Below, piece after piece: positions 49,166 through 57,738 of a stretch of DNA of 64,000 bases. Below the pieces are notes generated by a model. It was not told where the DNA came from and searched no databases. It saw nothing but the letters and a program-made list of their open reading frames with translations. The position numbers and the translations under genes are program-made. The DNA lies in sequence record SRR31156797_4018. One strand, given 5' to 3'. Every line of letters begins with the position of its first letter. The stretch's first letter is position 1.

Positions 49166-50245
49166 ATGAAAAATCGATATTGCATAATCATGGCTGGTGG
49201 AATGGGCATGCACTTCTGGCCTATAAGTCGGGAAAAAGCACCTAAACAGTTTTTAGATCTTTTGGGAACAGGGAAAACACTTATACAAGACACTTATGAC
49301 CGTATGAGTCAAATCTGCCCTAAAGAAAATATTTTTGTAGTTACAGTTAACACCTATTTAGAAATTACAAAAGAGCAGCTTCCTGAATTATCAATTGATA
49401 GAATTTTAACAGAACCAGCAAGAAGAAATACGGCACCATGTATAGCATATGCTAATGAGAAAATACGAGGCATTAACCAAGAAGCCCAAATTTTAGTAAC
49501 ACCTTCTGACCATATAATTCAAAATGAGCAACGATTTTTTGAGGTTATAAATAATGGCTTTGCATTTATTAAACAAAATGATGCCCTTTTAACAATTGGG
49601 GTCAAACCATCCAGACCTGAGACTTCATTTGGATATATTCAAATCGAAGACTCTTCTTGTACGCAGGACATAATGAAGGTTAAAAACTTCACAGAAAAGC
49701 CAAATTTGGAATTAGCTGAGTTTTTCATCGAAAGCGAGGAGTTTTTATGGAACTCCGGTATTTTCTTATGGTCATTAAAGTCTATTACTACTGCTTTTGA
49801 CAGTAATTTACCTGAATTATCAGAATTATTTGAAGAATATAAATCAAAATTTAACACTCCTGAAGAGCTTGAAGCAATACAATCCATTTATGCCGGTTGT
49901 AAAAATATATCTATTGATTATGGTATAATGGAGAAAGCAGATAATGTATTCGTTTATTGCGCTAATTTTGGCTGGTCTGATTTGGGAACATGGAATACTT
50001 TATATGACAGTCAAAACAAAGATGAAAACAACAATATAAAGGACCATGAAAACATATTACTTTATGATAGCCAAAACTCAATTATAAAAGCACCTAAAAA
50101 CAAAATAACAGCAATTCAGGGATTAAATGGATATATTATAGTTGACACTCCTGATGCTTTGCTTATTTGCCCAAAAGAAAATGAAAACAAAATAAGGCAG
50201 ATATTAAATGATATCAAATTTAAAAAAGGAGATGAATACATATAA
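49166..50245 (+). CDS. manC: Mannose-1-phosphate guanylyltransferase (no PMI domain)
   Basis: IMAGG...FWP.SR...PKQF, EPARRNTAP, PSDH, F.EKP, WNSGIF, SIDYGIME, WSDLG. Confidence 0.88.
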   Translation: MKNRYCIIMAGGMGMHFWPISREKAPKQFLDLLGTGKTLIQDTYDRMSQICPKENIFVVTVNTYLEITKEQLPELSIDRILTEPARRNTAPCIAYANEKIRGINQEAQILVTPSDHIIQNEQRFFEVINNGFAFIKQNDALLTIGVKPSRPETSFGYIQIEDSSCTQDIMKVKNFTEKPNLELAEFFIESEEFLWNSGIFLWSLKSITTAFDSNLPELSELFEEYKSKFNTPEELEAIQSIYAGCKNISIDYGIMEKADNVFVYCANFGWSDLGTWNTLYDSQNKDENNNIKDHENILLYDSQNSIIKAPKNKITAIQGLNGYIIVDTPDALLICPKENENKIRQILNDIKFKKGDEYI

Positions 50246-50275
50246 AAAAAGAGGCTTTAAAAGCCTCTTTTTTTT
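50244..50275. terminator. Bidirectional Rho-independent terminator (manC / gldN)
   Basis: A7-GAGGCTT-TAA-AAGCCTC-T8. Confidence 0.9.
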
Positions 50276-50288
50276 GATTCATAATATC

Positions 50289-51131
50289 TTAATATGACCA
50301 AAGGTCTTGCTCTCTATCAAAAATTTCTCCTTTAATTTTTTGTGATTCCCATAATGCCATTCTACCATCTCTGAACTGATCAACATTACGATCATAAATA
50401 TTAGATTCTTTTACAATATAACTATCAAAGAATCTTTTAAAGAAAATATCATCATAAGTTCTTCTTTGAGCATCATTATATCTGTTAAAAACTTCATGAT
50501 TTGCCAAAATTGGTCGGATTGCAGGGAAATATGCCCAAAAAGCTCTTCCATACCTAATCTCGTCAGTATTTTTGTCTCTATACATACGAATCGGCATAAT
50601 ACCTAATATTCTGACCTCCATCTTTGAGCGCTGCTTGTCAAAGAACCATTCTTCTTTCAACCAGATTTGTTTAACTTCACCATAGTCAATAGGTTTGTTA
50701 ATCATCTTCTTAATATAATTACCCTGTCCATCAGGAATACTATCTTCAATCATTCCAGCTTCAAAGTTTTTTTCTATTTCTGTTGAAGTCAAAATTGATG
50801 TAAACCTATCATTTTCAGATGCATCATAAAGAACAACTCCTTCATGGGTTTGACCATAAACCAAAAGGTTTGTTAGGTTCATTCTTTCATTAATGCGTTC
50901 AATTGGGTAATAAAAATGAAAGTTCATTTTTTGTCTGAGGTCAATACTTCTCCAAACCCGTTTTTTCCACATCACATCTGCTTCACGAAGCTGTGAATAA
51001 GGGATTGGCCTTCTACTAGGTACATGTTCTTTTTCATATATTCCATCAAGAACTTGTGCAGATGCTTTTTCTTGTGGTGCAATCACAAATAAGAAAGCTA
51101 ATGCTAAACCAAACGAAATAAGTTTTTTCAT
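50289..51131 (-). CDS. gldN: T9SS/gliding motility protein GldN (PorN)
   Basis: READVMWKKRVWRSIDL; KEEWFFDKQRSKMEVRILG; operon position. Confidence 0.92.
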   Translation of the reverse strand: MKKLISFGLALAFLFVIAPQEKASAQVLDGIYEKEHVPSRRPIPYSQLREADVMWKKRVWRSIDLRQKMNFHFYYPIERINERMNLTNLLVYGQTHEGVVLYDASENDRFTSILTSTEIEKNFEAGMIEDSIPDGQGNYIKKMINKPIDYGEVKQIWLKEEWFFDKQRSKMEVRILGIMPIRMYRDKNTDEIRYGRAFWAYFPAIRPILANHEVFNRYNDAQRRTYDDIFFKRFFDSYIVKESNIYDRNVDQFRDGRMALWESQKIKGEIFDREQDLWSY

Positions 51132-51146
51132 ATGATTAAATTTAAT

Positions 51147-52754
51147 CTAATTAATATCAAAAATTAATGGACTCAATTGTTTAGTCCCGTCAGGCCCCTT
51201 GGCCTTAATATCTGTAATAATAAGTTTTTGTCCTCTACCAAGTTTTTTAATTTTATTCAATGCGCGTGTACTAAACTGACTACCTTTTACATCAATCTGC
51301 TCTGTAAATTTTCCTTCCTGTACAAGCACCCTAAATTCGGTTACATTATATTTTATATTCTCCATAATAAATCCTTCCAATACGGCACTAATACCAGAGA
51401 TAAAATTCAAGCGGCCTTCTAAAATTTCACCACTAGATATTTTAAAAGGTTCTAGTTTTGGAGTTGGAGGTGGAATCATTTTAACACTAAACTCGCTACT
51501 TCCAATTCTTTTAATGTTACCATCGATTTCTGCACTTAAGCTAACTACAATTTTTCCACCTCTTTTTTGTGGCTTAATTGCTTTTCCTCCTTGATAATTT
51601 ATAATATCAGCATTAGATGCATTCACACGAAGCTTATCTCTTGTTAGACCAGGAACAGAATATTCTAATGGATTAGGGACACCATAATAAAACACTCTAT
51701 TAGCGCTAGCACTGATAATAGCAGTAGGTCTTTCAACGCGGTATTCAGATTCGAAAGGATAATACTTTGTCTCACCAGTTGGGTCTTGCATCGAAATTAA
51801 CCCTCCCCATTTAACATCCTGAGGTGAATTAAGCACTTTACTATATATACCCTTTCCTTCTTCAATTTCAAGTGTTTCAAAATCACCTACCATTTGATAT
51901 TTGCCATCGCCTAATGATTCATATTCGCCAACATGAATTGTAGGGAACTGCGTTGTATCTTGCGCTGCAATAAAAACCTCGGCAGAATATTCACTACCGG
52001 TTAATACATAATTACTTTTCATTTTTACAACAGGCTCAAGTTTATTAAACTTAAAGTCCTGAGCACTAATTTGGCCATAAAAGTAGCGAACAATATCAGC
52101 TTCAGAGTTTCTAATATCGGTTTGCATTTTTGTGAGCATAGTAACAACTCCAACTAATGGAATATGTTCAAAGTTCTGAGAAACCCATGTTTGATCTGTT
52201 CCATCTGGTAAGGGTGGAGGATTTTCTGTGTTAAGGTTCTTTTCAATGGCAGCTACCAATGTAGGGTGATCTTCATCAACATTACTCAGGAGGAAATCGC
52301 GAAAATTATCAATTTTTTCCTTTAGTTCTTTACCTCGACCTTGAGTTACCATTACCTGCGCGCCAATATTTGAGTCATCCTTGGCTTTAATTTCCATGGC
52401 AACAACCTTTCCGTCAACAATAGCTTCAGCATCTTCACCGTCGGAAGTTTTAACAACTTCAATTTTACAGTCATTAATAAAATCACTTATATCGTCAGCT
52501 CTTTTACGAACCTCTTTTGCTAAATTGTTCCATTTACCAACTTTAGCTTCATTAAGGGCTGCCTGACTTTCCAACTCAGCATAAATGTTTTTGTTTTTCT
52601 CATTGAAGTTTTCAACAGTGGTAGTAAGACTATCATTAACTAAGACAAAAGAGTCCAATACCTCCTTGGATACGTTCAATGCCAGCATTGCCGTAAGGAA
52701 TAAGTACATCATTCCAATCATCTTCTGCCTGGGGGTTTCTTTGCCGCCTGCCAT
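51147..52754 (-). CDS. gldM: T9SS/gliding motor protein GldM (PorM)
   Basis: MAGGKETPRQKMIGMMYLFLTAMLALNVS. Confidence 0.95.
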   Translation of the reverse strand: MAGGKETPRQKMIGMMYLFLTAMLALNVSKEVLDSFVLVNDSLTTTVENFNEKNKNIYAELESQAALNEAKVGKWNNLAKEVRKRADDISDFINDCKIEVVKTSDGEDAEAIVDGKVVAMEIKAKDDSNIGAQVMVTQGRGKELKEKIDNFRDFLLSNVDEDHPTLVAAIEKNLNTENPPPLPDGTDQTWVSQNFEHIPLVGVVTMLTKMQTDIRNSEADIVRYFYGQISAQDFKFNKLEPVVKMKSNYVLTGSEYSAEVFIAAQDTTQFPTIHVGEYESLGDGKYQMVGDFETLEIEEGKGIYSKVLNSPQDVKWGGLISMQDPTGETKYYPFESEYRVERPTAIISASANRVFYYGVPNPLEYSVPGLTRDKLRVNASNADIINYQGGKAIKPQKRGGKIVVSLSAEIDGNIKRIGSSEFSVKMIPPPTPKLEPFKISSGEILEGRLNFISGISAVLEGFIMENIKYNVTEFRVLVQEGKFTEQIDVKGSQFSTRALNKIKKLGRGQKLIITDIKAKGPDGTKQLSPLIFDIN

Positions 52755-52765
52755 AATATATCAGC

Positions 52766-53998
52766 TTAATCGTTTACATTCAAGTTGAATGAAGAAAGCA
52801 TATTGCCATAAACATTATTCAATGATGCTAAATTATCATTCAATTTATTCAATTGCTCTTTATATTTTTGAGTATCATCAACAGCAGCACTCATATTTTC
52901 AATCGCCTCATTTGCTTTAGCATATAACTGTTGTGACTGTTCATTTTGTTGATTCAGGTTGTCTCTTTGCAACTCATATATTGAATTAAGGGCAGTAAGA
53001 TGTTTATTTTGAATATCTAATTGTTCAATATATGACTCATTGCCACCTTTCATGGTTTCCATGTTCTTATTCATTTCGTTAACCATTTCTTGATAGCTTT
53101 GTCCAAGTTGCTCTCCAGTTGACCTTACTGATTCAATAATTTGCTGTCCGGCACTAGTGGCAGCTTCCATCAATGATTCTGAACTCTTTCTGGCTAAACC
53201 AGCTATTTCATCACCAGATTCAGCTAGTCTAGTTGCTGCAGCTTGACTAGCATCGGTTATTTGCTGAGCCATGTCAGCACCACCTTGCTCAATCTTTTCA
53301 GCAGCCTTCAAAGTAGCTTCACTTAATGATCCGGTTGAAGATTGAATAACTTCATTCGATGAATTGTAAGTATCCGTAAGCTGTTTAGCTGATTCAGAAG
53401 CTGCCTGCATATTTACAGCATAATTGTCAGTTGCAATGACAGCATCTTGCATCTTATTTAAATCCTGAGCAGTATTGGCGAGTCGCTCAATACCTTCACC
53501 CATTTTAACAAAAAGTTCTGGACCTAATTCAGCCTTTTCTAATAACTCATCAAAACGCTCCAGAGCGGTAGAACGATGACCAGCAGCCATTCCAGCAGCA
53601 GCACCTGCTGCAACCATACCGGATTCAACACCTGCTCCAGCAGCAATACCTGCTCCACCTGATGACTCTGGCAAAGGTTGCTGCGATACATTGAATAATC
53701 GACTATCTCTTTGCGGTGAATAATCTTGTTGAGGCAGATCATCATCTAACTCATTAGTCATACCTGCTAATTCAGGATAAACTAGAGTCCAATCTGGCTC
53801 TTCATGTAGTGGCTCAAATGCAGACAAGAAGAAAATTAGCACCTCTGTGCCCATTCCAGCTACAAGCATGGGACCTGCTCCAGGAAAGTGCATAATTTTA
53901 AATAGTGCTCCGGCAAGTACCACTGAGGCACCCCAACCGTACACATATTTCATTATTGTCTTATACGTTTTACTTTCAACAAATTCTGAGAGCGTCAT
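52766..53998 (-). CDS. gldL: T9SS/gliding motor protein GldL (PorL), long form
   Basis: YGWGASVVLAGALFKIMH, TEVLIFFLSAFEP, WTLVYPEL; C-terminal LNNVYGNML. Confidence 0.93.
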   Translation of the reverse strand: MTLSEFVESKTYKTIMKYVYGWGASVVLAGALFKIMHFPGAGPMLVAGMGTEVLIFFLSAFEPLHEEPDWTLVYPELAGMTNELDDDLPQQDYSPQRDSRLFNVSQQPLPESSGGAGIAAGAGVESGMVAAGAAAGMAAGHRSTALERFDELLEKAELGPELFVKMGEGIERLANTAQDLNKMQDAVIATDNYAVNMQAASESAKQLTDTYNSSNEVIQSSTGSLSEATLKAAEKIEQGGADMAQQITDASQAAATRLAESGDEIAGLARKSSESLMEAATSAGQQIIESVRSTGEQLGQSYQEMVNEMNKNMETMKGGNESYIEQLDIQNKHLTALNSIYELQRDNLNQQNEQSQQLYAKANEAIENMSAAVDDTQKYKEQLNKLNDNLASLNNVYGNMLSSFNLNVND

Positions 53999-54009
53999 AT
54001 ATCAAAGTT

Positions 54010-55395
54010 TTAGTAAATATTAGAACTTAGTTCATTCTCTTCGGCTCCAAGGAATGAGCGTACACATCTAAATCCAATGTAAGACTTAGCAGAGTCTTGA
54101 TATTCATAGGAGCGAGTTCCATTTTGCAAATAATAGCCAATATCTTTCCATGAACCACCACGCACGACCTTACGCTTCAATACTGGTGGATCATCAGCTA
54201 ATGCTTTATATTCGTATTCAGGATCCATGTCGTGGGTAAATGTATAAGCAGACTCATCATAGGCATTTCTAGTCCACTCTGCAACATTACCTGCCATATC
54301 ATATAAGTTAAAGTCATTAGGATTGTATGCTCCCACTTCATAAGTTCTTAATGCTCCATCTTCAGTATAATCACCGCGAAGCGGCTTAAAGTTTGCAAGG
54401 AAACATCCCTGATCATCACGTGTATAGTAACCTCCCCATGGATATGGTACTAGGTCTAAACCACCTCTTGCTGCTCTTTCCCATTGCGCTTCTGTTGGTA
54501 ATTGATAATCCTGAATATTTGGGCTTCCATTACGTGATAAAGCTGCATTTAGCAAGTTGGTCCTCCAAACAGCAAATGCTTTTGCTTGAATCCAATCTAC
54601 TCCTACAACAGGATAATTATCATATGATGGGTGGAAGAAATAGGATTTAGCCATTGGCTCATTGTAAGAATAAGAGAAATCGCTTATCCAAACCAAGGTA
54701 TCAGGATAAATAGGTGTATTCTCTTCCATAATGAAAGAAGAACGATCCTGAACTTCCTCTTTTATACCTTCTTCGTTGTATAATTCACCGTCATACTGAC
54801 CAGTTTTGTAGTTGTAACGACGACGAACCTGATTTTCAAAAGTGAATTTTTGAGCTGCTTGTTTTAAATCAACCCAATAATAATGATAAACCAGTTTTCT
54901 TGTATCAATTGTCTTTTTTCTGAAGAATCTTTCGTTTTCAGGATAGTAAAGATCAGTTAAAATTTCCTGCTCTTCCTGACCATCCCAAATAATAGGCTCT
55001 TCCCAATTGATATAAGGCGGATCAATTTCTTCCCCAAATTCATTTTCTCTAATTAGATACTCGTCAATTTGTTCTCCAAGCATTCTGTACGCCAGTGAAT
55101 CTCTAACCCAATATACAAATTGGCGATATTCATTATTAGTAATCTCAGTTTCATCCATCCAGAAACTTGAAACCGAAACCGTTTTAGATTGTGCATTTAA
55201 TGCCCAGGGCACATCGTTGTCCGATGGACCCATTGTAAAGCTACCTTGAGAAACAAACGCCATTCCATATGGAGTTTGATCATACCATGGAGCGCGGTCA
55301 CCTACACCGACTAATTCTCCATTATCGCCACCACCACAAGCACTAAAAAGTACTGCTGCGGTAATAAATACTAGTAATTTCTTCATATTGCCCAT
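54010..55395 (-). CDS. gldK: T9SS/gliding lipoprotein GldK (PorK)
   Basis: Lipobox FSAC, GELVG, DETEITNNEYRQFV, LPTEAQWE, LYDMAGNVAEW, GFRC. Confidence 0.95.
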   Translation of the reverse strand: MGNMKKLLVFITAAVLFSACGGGDNGELVGVGDRAPWYDQTPYGMAFVSQGSFTMGPSDNDVPWALNAQSKTVSVSSFWMDETEITNNEYRQFVYWVRDSLAYRMLGEQIDEYLIRENEFGEEIDPPYINWEEPIIWDGQEEQEILTDLYYPENERFFRKKTIDTRKLVYHYYWVDLKQAAQKFTFENQVRRRYNYKTGQYDGELYNEEGIKEEVQDRSSFIMEENTPIYPDTLVWISDFSYSYNEPMAKSYFFHPSYDNYPVVGVDWIQAKAFAVWRTNLLNAALSRNGSPNIQDYQLPTEAQWERAARGGLDLVPYPWGGYYTRDDQGCFLANFKPLRGDYTEDGALRTYEVGAYNPNDFNLYDMAGNVAEWTRNAYDESAYTFTHDMDPEYEYKALADDPPVLKRKVVRGGSWKDIGYYLQNGTRSYEYQDSAKSYIGFRCVRSFLGAEENELSSNIY

Positions 55396-55412
55396 ATTTA
55401 GATATCATAAAA

Positions 55413-56372
55413 TTACAAAAATCTCACACTTTTAAACACTCTATCGTCTTTTTCTACATCAACTTTAAAAACATATTGCACTGTAAATTCGAATGAACCG
55501 CTTGTGCTATATACCATTTGAGAGGTTGGAATATCATATGCCAACCCCACATTTAATCCTTCAATTAATTCTGCTCCAGCCATAATTGAAACTGCATCAA
55601 TTATTCTGTAACCTACACCACCCCAAAACCTGTTCTTAAAATGCAACACACTGTTAAACGCCAATTGCGGCGAAGAACCAGAGGTGTAAACCATCACAGA
55701 GGGTTCAATTTCAAATAGCGGATTTGCTAGTTGGTAATTGTATCCAAAAGTAAGAAAAGAACCTATCTTGTAAAAAGGATAGCCAATCTCTTCACCATTG
55801 TTTAGCTGAAAATCACTGCCATCCGTATCTTTATATTTTAGTTTTGGTTGTGTCATATGACTAAACGATAGTCCAAAATATAAATTATCTGTTTTATAAA
55901 AAGCACCCAGGCTTAAATCAAAATAAATGGGTTGGTCATCGGCATTTGGCCCAGTCCATTCTCCTGTTTGGGTTTGCCAATCAGGTGAGTTTAATGACTG
56001 ACTTGCAAATCCAAACCCAGCTCCTACGCCCAATTTTCCTTCGGCTATCTCTTTTTGAAATGCATAATTTAAGCCTATTGCTATATTGTTTTCAAAACCT
56101 GCTTCGTCGTTCATCAAGGTTAACCCAACTCCGTGTTTTTGTCCAAAAAGCTTAAATGGCATGTGCGCATTAAAATTCTGTGTATTCGGAGCTCCTTCAA
56201 ATCCCATCCATTGATTCCTCACAACAGTATTTACTGTAATTCCGTCATTCATACCAGCATAACCCGGATTAACCATCATGTGATTAAACTGAAACAATGT
56301 AGTGTGGGGAATATTTTGCCCCATCATACATATCGGTATAATCGCTATCACAACTAAAAATAGTTTTCTCAT
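55413..56372 (-). CDS. porP: PorP/SprF-family T9SS beta-barrel
   Basis: NPGYAG, RNQWMGFEGAP, GLAYD, SGSFE; upstream of gldK. Confidence 0.88.
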   Translation of the reverse strand: MRKLFLVVIAIIPICMMGQNIPHTTLFQFNHMMVNPGYAGMNDGITVNTVVRNQWMGFEGAPNTQNFNAHMPFKLFGQKHGVGLTLMNDEAGFENNIAIGLNYAFQKEIAEGKLGVGAGFGFASQSLNSPDWQTQTGEWTGPNADDQPIYFDLSLGAFYKTDNLYFGLSFSHMTQPKLKYKDTDGSDFQLNNGEEIGYPFYKIGSFLTFGYNYQLANPLFEIEPSVMVYTSGSSPQLAFNSVLHFKNRFWGGVGYRIIDAVSIMAGAELIEGLNVGLAYDIPTSQMVYSTSGSFEFTVQYVFKVDVEKDDRVFKSVRFL

Positions 56373-56654
56373 TCTCGCTAATTCTAGCTTTTTGCCTTTG
56401 TCAAGGCCTTTAAACAGGTAAAATAAATAAAAAACATCATACGAAACAAATTAATTAACTGTTTAAGGGATCAACTTACCTCTCTTTTAAGCATGAATTG
56501 ATTTACGTAAAAAATCAATTCAGGTTATATTTGTTATGTCTTTTTTATTCAAAAAGGTTGAAATGTTAATTATACTCTGACATACAGACATTGTTACTTT
56601 AAGTAAAAATATATACGTCATCTCAAACTGCAACAAAAAATCTGTTATGTTAAA

Positions 56655-57713
56655 CTAATGTTTTTTTTGATGAACAGCTATTCTTTTCAATAATCTAGAA
56701 GGAAAATTCCCCTCTAAAACAACATTCATATCTTTTTTTGAACAAGGTATAAATACATTTCCCTTACCATATTTCACCCAAAACTTATTACTATTTATAC
56801 TCTTGTAAAAAACTACTTCATCGGGTGTTTTATTGTTTTCGATATAATATTCCTTAAAGTTACGGGTATTTTTACTTGGATTTTCACTGTGCCTTTGGAC
56901 AATACCGGTTAAAATATACCATAAAACCTGTGCAGACATCATCAAGTCAGGAGAGTCTTGTGCAGTATTCAAGGGTATTTCAGCTATATGATAAGCATTT
57001 ATGCTATCACTATTACCTGCAAACCAGGCCATTTGACAAACTTCTTCGGCATACAATCCATTGGGAGAGTTTCGGTGGCTGAAACTAAAATCACTTTTTC
57101 GAATAGCAGACATATTTACACTTAAAGCATCAACCATTCGGAAATAAGGTTCAGCATCCATAATATCATCCCTGACTTGACCCAGAGTAACTAATTCAAT
57201 TTGTGAATTATTAAGAGCTTTTTCAGTGTTTGAAAAATGAGATTGCACGGCTAATAGGTTGACATTATTTACCAATCTTTCCTGAACTAACTCTTGATAT
57301 GAATCATTAAAGCATGGAGTAATAAATGCAATTGATTTTTCATTTTTACGTTGCGAATCTAACAAAATCTGAATTGATTCTTTTTCAGCAGAAAGTACAA
57401 TTAATATAGACTTGCTACGCTTTACTTCACCAAGTAATATCTTAAAAGCGTCTGACCTATCATCCTGACTGAGTGAAACAATATTACCTAAATCAACCAA
57501 AGACCGATTCGATTTAAATCCAGCAAGTTGATAGAAAATATTTCTTAAATCATTAAGATGTTTTGTTCTACCTGAAAGGTCACTTAATCCACATAACAAA
57601 ACACTATTCGGTGGTATTTTTTTATTATTCCAAAATTTAAAATTAGAACCTAATCCATCGGATTTTACACCATTAGGTAATCGATAAGGTTCGAGAAATT
57701 CATTTAATTTCAT
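56655..57713 (-). CDS. Degenerate arginase/formiminoglutamase-like protein
   Basis: DLGN, SPNGLYAEEVCQMAWFAG, FYKS...KFW, IPCS; canonical metal-binding motifs not seen. Confidence 0.7.
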   Translation of the reverse strand: MKLNEFLEPYRLPNGVKSDGLGSNFKFWNNKKIPPNSVLLCGLSDLSGRTKHLNDLRNIFYQLAGFKSNRSLVDLGNIVSLSQDDRSDAFKILLGEVKRSKSILIVLSAEKESIQILLDSQRKNEKSIAFITPCFNDSYQELVQERLVNNVNLLAVQSHFSNTEKALNNSQIELVTLGQVRDDIMDAEPYFRMVDALSVNMSAIRKSDFSFSHRNSPNGLYAEEVCQMAWFAGNSDSINAYHIAEIPLNTAQDSPDLMMSAQVLWYILTGIVQRHSENPSKNTRNFKEYYIENNKTPDEVVFYKSINSNKFWVKYGKGNVFIPCSKKDMNVVLEGNFPSRLLKRIAVHQKKH

Positions 57714-57738
57714 CTATAATTTTTTGGAATAGAATATA

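Noticed and set aside
54010-55395. GldK FGE-sulfatase/C-type lectin-like C-terminus as a DGR target
   Set aside because: Ordinary GldK in gldKLMN; no second copy of its 3' end
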